Assembly: GCF_032444005.1 (NCBI RefSeq)
Contig: NC_091291.1
Span: forward strand, 129,394,001-129,458,000
Direction of reading: 5' to 3'
From: Ranitomeya imitator
Taxonomy: Eukaryota
DNA: 64,000 bases
How positions within the stretch are numbered: the first letter of the stretch is position 1; each line of letters opens with the position of its first letter. The notes under the pieces are model-generated. The model made no database searches. It saw only the letters and a program-made list of their open reading frames with translations, and was not told the DNA's origin. Both the position numbers and the translations under genes were made by a program. Positions 52,635 through 64,000 of the stretch are shown here, in pieces.

Positions 52635-53794
52635 TGAAAGACTAGAGAAACAGCAGCAAAGGGAGGTTAAGCTATAAAATACCGAAATAAGCAATGTTGT
52701 AGAAGGACGTCACAGCTTCAACCCTGTATACAGTGATCAGCGGGGCGTAGCGGAGAGGCTTCAACAGGTATGGACAATCCCTTTAAGTGGGCCATATCAG
52801 TAAATATTTGTATTCCCCATAAAACATCATGTATCACTTTCTTAATTCCTATTATCTGTATACAGCATTGACAGCTGGATGTTACTTTTTTTTTTTTTTT
52901 CTTCCCAGGAGGGACAGCAGAGGAGCATTCTAAGGAAAAGAAGCCCGGAATAATGATGTGTCTCTGGAAATGAAAGTATTTCCTACAAGAGTGGAGGTGA
53001 CGCATCGTCTTTAATCCATCTAATTGTGAATCCTGGCAGCCTCTTGATGAGCCGCACCTTTCTACACTAATAAGCTCAAAGGCAGAATTCAATAGGAAAG
53101 CGCCATACCACGCGGCAGCCATTGCCGGCACAGCTTTCACCGACGTTGCAGAAATGATGATGATGACGACTTGATTGACAGCTCTTCTGCCGCAAACAGG
53201 AGATCTCGCTGCGCCTCCTATTAATATGTCGGTCAGACAGGAAGCTAGCAGACTCTATATTACAATGTATAATTCATTGCTTTTTCCATCGGTCTTGAAA
53301 CAATACTTTTATATTCATGATACATCTGCATCTTGCTGTTTCACTATGAAATTAATCTCCACTATTCATCAGCAGAAGAGAGAGCGCTCAGGTTAATAAG
53401 ATTTTCATATAGACGGAATTTTTTTTCATTTTCCTTCTTCCATCTCTCATCTGGAGACAAATAGAACATCCAAAACACATTGTTCCCCAGATCATTAAAA
53501 AGACACAAGCCACCAGCTAGAAAAGAAAGAGGTGGCGAGGAGGTGCAATAACATGATTTCCATAAGAAAACATGGCCAGGCAAAGTGCACCTTCGGTAAT
53601 CATACAGTCCCTGCACTCTTACATATCTTGCTCACATTTGATAATGAGATAAATAGTCAATCTGCAAATCACTGTATATAGAAATGTTGCCTTATCACAG
53701 AAAAAAAAAAGTCTAAAGTGCGGCCACTAGGTGTCACCATTCTGTTTGACTTTCAGTCCCCTGACTGTTGTCAAGTGTAATCAGTCTCTAGGAG

Positions 53795-55157
53795 CAAAGA
53801 AGCAGAAACTAATGTCAGGAAGATGGGCAGCATGGGGGCTCAAAGAAGCAGAAATTAATGTCAGGAAGATGGGCAGCACGGGGGCTCAGTTGTTAGCACT
53901 GTACTATGGATAGGGCAGCACGGGGGCTCAGTGGTCAGCACTGTACTATGGATAGGGCAGCACGGGGGCTCAGTGGTCAGCACTGTACTATGGATAGGGC
54001 AGCACGGGGGCTCAGTGGTCAGCACTGTACTATACAATGGGCAGCACGGTGGCTCAGTGGTTAGCACTGTACTATGCATAGGGCAGCACGGTGGCTCAGC
54101 AGTTAGCAGCACTACTATGCATAGGGCAGCATGGTGGCTCAGTGGTTAGCACTGTATTATGTATACAGCAGCACTGTACTATGTATAGGGCAGCGTGGTG
54201 GCTCAGTGGTTAGCACTGTACTATGTATAGGGCAGCACTACTATGTATAGGGCAGCGTGGTGGCTCAGTGGTTAGCACTGTACTATGTATAGGGCAGCGT
54301 GGTGGCTCAGTGGTTAGCACTGTGCTATGTATAGGGCAGCACAGTGGCTCAGTGGTTAGCACTGTACTATGTATAGGGCAGCACTGTGCTATGTATAGGG
54401 CAGCACAGTGGCTCAGTGGTTAGCACTGTACTATGTATAGGGCAGCACTGTGCTATGTATAGGGCAGCACGGTGGCTCAGTGGTTAGCACTGTACTATGT
54501 ATAGGGCAGCACTGTACTATGTATAGGGCAGCACGGTGGCTCAGTGGTTAGCACTGTACTATGTATAGGGCAGCACGGTGGCTCAGTGGTTAGCACTGTA
54601 CTATGTATAGGGCAGCACTGTACTATGTATAGGGCAGCACGGTGGCTCAGTGGTTAGCACTGTACTATGTATAGGGCAGTGTGGTGGCTCAGTGGTTAGC
54701 ACTGTACTATGTATAGGGCAGCACTACTATGTATAGGGCAGCGTGGTGGCTCAGTGGTTAGCACTGTACTATGTATAGGGCAGCGTGGTGGCTCAGTGGT
54801 TAGCACTGTGCTATGTATAGGGCAGCACAGTGGCTCAGTGGTTAGCACTGTACTATGTATAGGGCAGCACTGCTATGTATAGGGCAGCACAGTGGCTCAG
54901 TGGTTAGCACTGTACTATGTATAGGGCAGCACTGTGCTATGTATAGGGCAGCACGGTGGCTCAGTGGTTAGCACTGTACTATGTATAGGGCAGCACTGTA
55001 CTATGTATAGGGCAGCACGGTGGCTCAGTGGTTAGCACTGTACTATGTATAGGGCAGCACTGTACTATGTATAGGGCAGCACGGTGGCTCAGTGGTTAGC
55101 ACTGTACTATGTATAGGGCAGTGTGGTGGCTCAGTGGTTAGCACTGTACTATGTGTA
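53795..55157 (+). repeat. Tandem array derived from the V-SINE 5' head: ~25 x 42-bp unit interspersed with a 22-bp short unit
   Basis: Unit GGGCAGCACGGTGGCTCAGTGGTTAGCACTGTACTATGTATA; its first ~32 nt equal the start of the SINE at 55158. Preceded by a 46-bp duplication (53795 / 53841). Confidence 0.9.
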
Positions 55158-55390
55158 GGGCAGCACGGTGGCTCAGTGGTTAGCACTGTTTTGCAGTGCT
55201 GAGGTCCTGGAATCATATCTCACCAAGGATATATCTGCAGAGGGTTTGGCTGTTCTTTGTGTGTTACTTCCAGGTTCTCTGATTCCTTCCACACTACAAA
55301 GACATACTGATAAGGAATTTAGATGGTAAGCTCCAATGGGGACTGATTATGTCTGTACAGCGATGCGGAATAGGACGACGCTATATAATG
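55158..55390 (+). mobile_element. V-SINE, diverged, B-box decayed
   Basis: Collinear with the 22283 copy (CACCAAGGA..ATCTGCA..GTTTG; CCACACTACAAAGACATACTGATA; CTCCAATGGGGAC; GCGGAATA..CGCTATATAA). Confidence 0.75.
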
Positions 55391-55696
55391 CATAGTTTAA
55401 AAAAAATAAATAAAAAAATAACGGGGGGGGGGGGGGGGCTTTGTTCTGCCTGTATGCAGTTTGACAGAAGAGCAGCAGTGGACAGAAACGGAGGGGCAGG
55501 CTTTGCGTTCAGTGTAGGAAAGCCACTGGTAAGTGGCAGGAACCATGTATAATGGGACGTAAGGGGAAAGAAAGTTCCAGCACCTATTGTGCTGGCGAAA
55601 TTCAGATGAAAAGGAACTTCCCACTACAAAAAAAAAAAAAAAAAAAAAGAAGGCGGCAAATTACAGAGCATGAGAATCAGAACAGTTCTTGGACAT

Positions 55697-56472
55697 ATTA
55701 TTATTATTATTATTATACATTTTTATAGCGCCATTTATTCCATGGCGCTTTACATGTGAATACGGGGCAAATATAGACAAATACATTAAACATGAGCAGA
55801 TAACAAGGCACACGAGTACATAAGGAGGGAGGACCCTGCCCGCGAGGGCTCACAGTCTGCAGGGGGTGGGTGAGGATACACTAGGAGAGGGAAGAGCTGG
55901 CTGTGCGGCTGTTCAGTAGGTTGAGGATCACTGCAGGCTGTAGGCTTGTCGGAAGAGATGAGTCTTCAGGTTCTTTTTGAAGGTTTCTGTGGTAGGCGAG
56001 AGTCTGATGTGTTGGGGTAGAGAGTTCCAGAGTATGGGGGAAGCACGGGAGAAGTCTTGGATGCGGTTATGGGAAGAAGAGATGAGAGGGGAGTAGAGAA
56101 GGAGATCTTGGGAGGATCGGAGGTCACGTGTAGGTAGGTACCGGGAGACCATGTCACAGATGTATGGAGGAGACAGGTTGTGGATGGCTTTGTATGTCAG
56201 TGTGAGGGTTTTGAACTGGAGTCTCTGGGCGATAGGAAGCCAGTGAAGGGCTTGACACAGGGGAGAGGCTGGGGAATAGCGGGGAGACAGGTGGATTAGT
56301 CGGGCAGCAGAGTGTAGGATGGATTGGAGTGGTGCCAGAGTGTTAGAGGGGAGTCCAGAGAGTAGGAGGTTGCAGTAGTCGAGGCGGGAGATGATAAGGG
56401 CATGCACTAGCGTTTTTGCAGTGTTGCGGTCAAGGAAAGCACGGATTCGGGAAATATTTTTGAGTTTGAGAC
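55697..56472 (-). mobile_element. 5'-truncated L2-clade LINE 3' end, same family as 5910-7322
   Basis: ORF 55928-56407 is highly similar to ORF 6378-6911 and continues through RSSQDLLL..FSRASPILWNSLP..FKKNLKTHLF. A (TAA)n tail lies on the minus strand at ~55697-55717. Confidence 0.9.
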
Positions 56473-58317
56473 ATTGAGATATTACCTGGTATGTGCAGCA
56501 TAGTAGGTTATTGTGGTGGATAAAGGCAACAAAACCATGTTTTTACTCTGGCTTTTGAATAAAAAGTCGAGTATTAAAAAAAAAAAAAAAAAAAAAAGCT
56601 AAAAAAGTGGGAAGTTGATAAAAATGAACAAATATTTATCTTTGTAAACACCCTGCAGTTACTTCCCTGCAGTAATTACCTCAACATGACCGCTGCAGCC
56701 AATCAATTATACAGCCAATGTGGCGTGGATTCCAAAGTAATTACACCGGCCTCATCAGGTTCTTGAGATCTATGTAGTAATAGATAAGAGTGTGCATTGT
56801 GAAATCTGGCGACAGATGCCAGTTAATGCTTGTAGGAACTTTCCTTAAAGGTGTTGCGCAGCACTTGGCTGTCTCTGGTGCCACAGAGAATGAATGGAGA
56901 AGGGGTCGACGTTCCATTCTAAAGGGGATAAAGGTGCCCTGTTCTGACGATTGTGCCGTCAGACCATGACCGATCTTTAAGTTAGCACTTAACCTAGATA
57001 ACTAGGCGATAACTATTCTGTATTGGGTAACCCCTTTAAGTTATATTTTTAAAGGGTATATTAGTAGCAAGTCAACGCGCAGACACCTGACAGATATGGA
57101 ATGGATCTAGAGAGAAGGACGATACAATCATTCTTTATGTGAGCAGAACGTAGAATGATGCCGCAGGAACATGGATCCGTTCAGCGGTAAACATATGCAT
57201 ATATAGGGCGCCCAGTCGTGATGAGCCGATTACTGTGCCTTTCATCCGCACGCCACTTCTCCCTTTTATGAGCAGTTTTAGGAAGACATATTACAAATAT
57301 ATCTTCAGCTGAACCTTCCTGTACATTTTGGCGTCTAATACTTGCATAATTCCCCGGAGATTATTTGCCATCAACACATGACAGTTTTGTACCGTTCCCC
57401 CCCTCCCCGGCTCCTTCCCTTTTTAATCAGTGGCATCAACGTCTTACGGAAGCAGTTACAATGGAGCTGTAGAGTGCGCGCTTTCTATCTCTTGCTTTCC
57501 CAGAAGATTCATTACAGTTACATTAGAAAGTCAAATCAGGCAACTGCAGTCGGCTGGAAGAGAACATGAAAGACGCCTGATACAAAAGGGATGATTTTAT
57601 TTTTTAATACTTAGAGGACATTAAGGACTAGGTAATGCAGAGCATCAGAATTCTCTGTGGCCAACTTTTTTTTTTGTTTTAATGTATAATTGGGGTTGGT
57701 ACTGGGTGAATACCGTCTCCTTGTCCTTAAACCAAATATAAGAGGCGATTAAGACGAGGCCACGGCCATCATCTTCTGCAAGGGTGTATGACATGGGGTC
57801 ATTTAGGTACTTAAATAATGAAAATCAAAGAGCATAAAGTAGAACTCCAACTTGTTTCTGCCATGTGATCCAGTCTTAAAGCCGGTCAGTCTCTAACTTC
57901 CCCTAAACTGCAGTATGACGTCACCTATCAAGTCCCTCCAGGAAGCTCCTAGACCCTTCCCATCCAGGCTCCATCTTTCATGTTCATATATAAATCCTAC
58001 ATAAAAGTATCATTTCCGCTTGATGTAAGAAAGCAGTGATACAGTGGGCGAGTGCATACAATGATTAGTTTTATATCTCCACTGACTACCACTGCCTGTT
58101 GATACTATCGGAAAACTGCGTGCAGAATTTCCAGTTTATTTCTAAGGGATGCAGCTTCAAACTGCTCTCGCCCCTGACTCCTGCATGAAAGAACCAATAG
58201 TGAGAAACCCATTACAAGCAGGAGGCAGGTGAATCAGGCTGGATCTATCACATAGCATACACTCAGACTTTGCAGTGAAAAGCTGCTCACACATGGTACA
58301 CGGAGTACGCTGCGTCA

Positions 58318-61300
58318 TGAGGCTGCATCACATAGAAAACAGAACTCTGCAGTATGAGGCTGCATCACATAGAATACACAGAGAACTCTGCAGTGTGAGG
58401 CTGCATCACATAGAATACACAGAACTCTGCAGTGGAGGCTTCATCGCATAGAATCCACAGAGAACTCTGCAGTATGAGGCTGCATCACATAGAATACACA
58501 GAGAACTCTGCAGTGTGAGGCTGCATCGCATAGAATACAGAGAGAACTCTGCAGTGTGAGGCTGCATCGCATAGAATACACAGAACTCTGCAGTGTGAGG
58601 CTGCATCACATAGAATACACAGAACTCTGCAGTGTGAGGCTGCATCGCATAGAATACACCGAGAACTCTGAAGTATGAGGCTGCATCACATAGAATACAT
58701 AGAGAACTCTGCAGTGTGAGGCTGCATCACATAGAATACACAGAGAACTCTGCAGTGTGAGGCTGCATCACATAGAATACACAGAACTCTGCAGTGGAGG
58801 CTTCATCGCATAGAATCCACAGAGAACTCTGCAGTGTGAGGCTGCATCACATAGAATACACAGAGAACTCTGCAGTGTGAGGCTGCATCGCATAGAATAC
58901 AGAGAGAACTCTGCAGTGTGAGGCTGCATCGCATAGAATACACAGAACTCTGCAGTGTGAGGCTGCATCACATAGAATACACAGAACTCTGCAGTGTGAG
59001 GCTGCATCACATAGAATACACAGAGAACTCTGCAGTGTGAGGCTGCATCACATAGAATACACAGAACTCTGCAGTGTGAGGCTGCATCACATAGAATACA
59101 CAGAGAACTCTGCAGTGTGAGGCTGCATCACATAGAATACACAGAACTCTGCAGTGGAGGCTTCATCGCATAGAATCCACAGAGAACTCTGCAGTGTGAG
59201 GCTGCATCACATAGAATACACAGAGAACTCTGCAGTGTGAGGCTGCATCGCATAGAATACAGAGAGAACTCTGCAGTGTGAGGCTGCATCGCATAGAATA
59301 CACAGAACTCTGCAGTGTGAGGCTGCATCACATAGAATACACAGAACTCTGCAGTGTGAGGCTGCATCACATAGAATACACAGAGAACTCTGCAGTGTGA
59401 GGCTGCATCGCATAGAATACACAGAACTCTGCAGTGTGAGGCTGCATCACATAGAATACACAGAACTCTGCAGTGTGAGGCTGCATCACATAGAATACAC
59501 AGAGAACTCTGCAGTGTGAGGCTGCATCACATAGAATACACAGAACTCTGCAGTGTGAGGCTGCATCACATAGAATACAGAGAGAACTCTGCAGTGTGAG
59601 GCTGCATCGCATAGATTACACAGAACTCTGCAGTGGAGGCTTCATCGCATAGAATCCACAGAGAACTCTGCAGTATGAGGCTGCATCACATAGAATACAC
59701 ATAGAACTCTGCAGTGTGAGGCTGCATCACATAGAATACACAGAGAACTCTGCAGTGTGAGGCTGCATCACATAGAATACACAGAGAACTCTGCAGTGTG
59801 AGGCTGCATCACATAGAATATACAGAGAAGTCTGCAGTGTGAGGCTGCATCACATAGAATACACAGAACTCTGCAGTGTGAGGCTACATCACATAGAATA
59901 CACAGAACTCTGCAGTGTGAGGCTGCATCACATAGAATACACAGAGAACTCTGCAGTGTGAGGCTGCATCACATAGAATATACAGAGAACTCTGCAGTGT
60001 GAGGCTGCATCACATAGAATACACAGAGAACTCTGCAGTGTGAGGCTGCATCACATAGAATACACAGAGAACTCTGCAGTGTGAGGCTGCATCACATAGA
60101 ATATACAGAGAACTCTGCAGTGTGAGGCTGCATCACATAGAATATACTGAACTTTGCAGTGTGAGGCTGCATCACATAGAATACACAGAGAACTCTGCAG
60201 TGTGAGGCTGCATCACATAGAATATACAGAGAACTCTGCAGTGTGAGGCTGCATCACATAGAATATACTGAACTTTGCAGTGTGAGGCTGCATCACATAG
60301 AATACACAGAACTCTGCAGTGTGAGGCTGCATCACATAGAATACACAGAGAACTCTGCAGTGTGAGGCTGCATCACATAGAATATACAGAGAACTCTGCA
60401 GTGTGAGGCTGCATCACATAGAATACACAGAACTCTGCAGTGTGAGACTGCATCACATAGAACATACAGAGAACTCTGCAGTGTGAGGCTGCATCACATA
60501 GAATATACTGAACTTTGCAGTGTGAGGCTGCATCACATAGAATACACAGAACTCTGCAGTGTGAGGCTGCATCACATAGAATATACAGAGAACTCTGCAG
60601 TGTGAGGCTGCATCACATAGAATATACAGAGAACTCTGCAGTGTGAGGCTGCATCACATAGAATACACAGAACTCTGCAGTGTGAGGCTGCATCACATAG
60701 AATACACAGAACTCTGCAGTGTGAGGCTGCATCACATAGAATATACAGAGAACTCTGCAGTGTGAGGCTGCATCACATAGAATACACAGAACTCTGCAGT
60801 GTGAGGCTGCATCACATAGAATACACAGAGAACTCTGCAGTGTGAGGCTGCATCACATAGAATACACAGAACTCTGCAGTGTGAGGCTGCATCACATAGA
60901 ATATACTGAACTTTGCAGTGTGAGGCTGCATCACATAGAATACACAGAGAACTCTGCAGTGTGAGGCTGCATCACATAGAATACACAGAACTCTGCAGTG
61001 AGAGACTGCATCACATAGAATACACAGAGAACTCTGCAGTGTGAGGCTGCATCACATAGAATATACAGAGAACTCTGCAGTGTGAGGCTGCATCACATAG
61101 AATACACAGAACTCTGCAGTGTGAGGCTGCATCACATAGAATACACAGAGAACTCTGCAGCGTGAGGCTGCATCACATAGAATACACCGAGAACTCTGCA
61201 GCGTGAGACTGCATCACATAGAATACACAGAACTCTGCAGTGTGAGGCTGCATCACATAGAATACACAGAGAACTCTGCAGCGTGAGGCTGCATCACATA

Positions 61301-61499
61301 GAATACACCGAGAACTCTGCAGTGTGAGGCTGCATCACATAGAATACACCGAGAACTCTGCAGTGTGAGGCTGCATCACATAGAATACACAGAGAACTCT
61401 GCAGTGTGAGGCTGCATCACATAGAATACACAGAGAACTCTGCAGTGTGAGGCTGCATCACATAGAATACACAGAGAACTCTGCAGTGTGAGGCTGCAT
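58318..61499. repeat. 39/41-bp minisatellite, left block (CTGCAGTGTGAGGCTGCATCACATAGAATACACAG[AG]AACT)
   Basis: Directly visible. ~360-bp higher-order blocks at 58400-59400. Degenerate precursor-like units at ~58235-58318. Confidence 0.95.
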
Positions 61500-62466
61500 A
61501 GAAAGGGGGGAAAAGGAAATGAATCCAAAACGATAACTTTATGTCATGAATAAAATTGCTTTATTATAAAGTGTAAGGCAAGGGGACAGTGATGACAACA
61601 GAGTCATCCAACAGTATTAAAAACAAATAGTGCATACGGGACACCAGGACACTGCCTACTGATCCATAGTAACAAATTAGTGCACCACACTAGTGCAACA
61701 AATCAGGATAACCTGGTCAATATGGGGCAAAATAAGATGTCATATCAGATTAAGGTGCTCACCAGTCGCAATGTAATCGACCATAGTCTTAAACACACCA
61801 TATAGTATCACAGTACCACCATAAGCTATATAAAGCGATAATAAATATAAATACATCACCCCAAAGTGAGACCGATCCAGAATCAGCGCAGCGCCTCGGG
61901 CGGACACCGAGGCGCTGCGCTGATTCTGGATCGGTCTCACTTTGGGGTGATGTATTTATATTTATTATCGCTTTATATAGCTTATGGTGGTACTGTGATA
62001 CTATATGGTGTGTTTAAGACTATGGTCGATTACATTGCGACTGGTGAGCACCTTAATCTGATATGACATCTTATTTTGCCCCATATTGACCAGGTTATCC
62101 TGATTTGTTGCACTAGTGTGGTGCACTAATTTGTTACTATGGATCAGTAGGCAGTGTCCTGGTGTCCCGTATGCACTATTTGTTTTTAATACTGTTGGAT
62201 GACTCTGTTGTCATCACTGTCCCCTTGCCTTACACTTTATAATAAAGCAATTTTATTCATGACATAAAGTTATCGTTTTGGATTCATTTCCTTTTCCCCC
62301 CTTTCTATATATGCTTAAGATAACTGTCTGGATCCATTATTAGGACAGAGTTGGGTCTACTGGGAATATTTTTATACAGATATCACTCTTGTAATTACTA
62401 TTGTTACAATTTTCCCAGATGCTAGGTTATAGACACTATCTGCCCTTGGTTACCCCTATTCTTGTC
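61500..62466. mobile_element. ~967-bp insertion containing an 811-bp palindrome (61498-62308); probable Penelope-like foldback retro-insertion
   Basis: Arms 61498-61899 and 61907-62308, loop GCGGACA, 158-bp unique tail. The satellite 16-mer CAGTGTGAGGCTGCAT is present on both sides (61484-61499 and 62467-62482). The structure is certain; the family assignment is inference. Confidence 0.6.
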
Positions 62467-64000
62467 CAGTGTGAGGCTGCATCACATAGAATACACCGAG
62501 AACTCTGCAGTGTGAGGCTGCATCACATAGGATACACAGAGAACTCTGCAGTGTGAGACTGCATCACATAGAATACACAGAGAACTCTGCAGTGTGAGGC
62601 TGCATCACATAGAATACAGAGAACTCTGCAGTGTGAGACTGCATCACATAGAATACACAGAGAACTCTGCAGTGTGAGGCTGCATCACATAGAATACACA
62701 GAACTCTGCAGTGTGAGGCTGCATCACATAGAATACACAGAGAACTCTGCAGTGTGAGACTGCATCACATAGAATACACAGAACTCTGCAGTGTGATGCT
62801 GCATCACATAGAATACACAGAACTCTGCAGTGTGAGGCTGCATCACATAGAATACACAGAGAACTCTGCAGTGTGAGGCTGCATCACATAGAATACACAG
62901 AACTCTGCAGTGTGAGGCTGCATCACATAGAATACACAGAACTCTGCAGTGTGAGGCTGCATCACATAGAATATACAGAGAACTCTGCAGTGTGAGGCTG
63001 CATCACATAGAATACACAGAACTCTGCAGTGTGAGGCTGCATCGCATAGAATACACAGAGAACTCTGCAGTGTGAGGCTGCATCGCATAGAATACACAGA
63101 ACTCTGCAGTGTGAGGCTGCATCACATAGAATACACAGAACTCTGCAGTGTGAGGCTGCATCACATAGAATACACAGAGAACTCTGCAGTGTGAGGCTGC
63201 ATCACATAGAATACACAGAGAACTCTGCAGTGTGAGGCTGCATCACATAGAATACACCGAGAACTCTGCAGTGTGAGGCTGCATCACATAGAATACACCG
63301 AGAACTCTGCAGTGTGAGGCTGCATCACATAGAATACACAGAACTCTGCAGTGTGAGGCTGCATCACATAGAATACACCGAGAACTCTGCAGTGTGAGGC
63401 TGCATCACATAGAATACACAGAGAACTCTGCAGTGTGAGACTGCATCACACAGAATACACAGAGAACTCTGCAGTGTGAGGCTGCATCACACAGAATACA
63501 GAGAACTCTGCAGTGTGAGACTGCATCACATAGAATACACAGAGAACTCTGCAGTGTGAGGCTGCATCACATAGAATACACAGAACTCTGCAGTGTGAGG
63601 CTGCATCACATAGAATATAAAGAGAACTCTGCAGTGTGAGACTGCATCACATAGAATACACAGAACTCTGCAGTGTGATGCTGCATCACATAGAATACAC
63701 AGAACTCTGCAGTGTGAGGCTGCATCACATAGAATACACAGAGAACTCTGCAGTGTGAGGCTGCATCACATAGAATACACAGAACTCTGCAGTGTGAGGC
63801 TGCATCACATAGAATACACAGAACTCTGCAGTGTGAGGCTGCATCACATAGAATATACAGAGAACTCTGCAGTGTGAGACTGCATCACATAGAATACACA
63901 GAACTCTGCAGTGTGATGCTGCATCACATAGAATACACAGAACTCTGCAGTGTGAGGCTGCATCACAGAATACACAGAGAACTCTGCAGTGTGAGGCTGC
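62467..64000. repeat. 39/41-bp minisatellite, right block (runs off the window end)
   Basis: Same unit as 58318-61499. Confidence 0.95.

Noticed and set aside
52908-53000. Strong plus-strand acceptor (T-run + CCCAG) suggesting a coding exon
   Set aside because: All three frames hit stops before any plausible donor.
53795-55157. tRNA gene cluster or CRISPR-like array
   Set aside because: The units contain only the A-box/D-arm-like head, with no anticodon or T-arm and no unique spacers. The context is vertebrate.
58318-64000. TGTGA..TCACA resemblance to a bacterial CRP site
   Set aside because: The spacing is 7 rather than 6 nt and the DNA is eukaryotic; coincidence.

Overview
Eukaryotic, vertebrate non-coding DNA, most likely from a frog. 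The taxon is inferred from the repeat repertoire: TTAA-flanked T2/Kolobok-type MITEs, TAA-flanked Harbinger-type MITEs, a V-SINE, L2, CR1 and Penelope fragments. No intact protein-coding gene can be supported. All long ORFs in the track are either translations of tandem repeats or decayed retroelement fragments. About 30% of the window (~19 kb, my estimate) is made of about a dozen unrelated minisatellite arrays. The unique stretches between them are AT-rich, and several resemble developmental enhancers, so this is probably a large intron or gene desert. Most notable structures: (1) an apparently perfect 811-bp palindrome (402-bp arms, 7-nt loop) that forms part of a ~967-bp insertion with a ~16-bp target duplication inside the terminal minisatellite; (2) a ~1.3-kb tandem array built from ~25 copies of the tRNA-like A-box head of the adjacent V-SINE; (3) a hAT element with a perfect 8-bp TSD that carries a 1.7-kb G-rich array. 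All coordinates and copy counts were read by eye; no searches were run.
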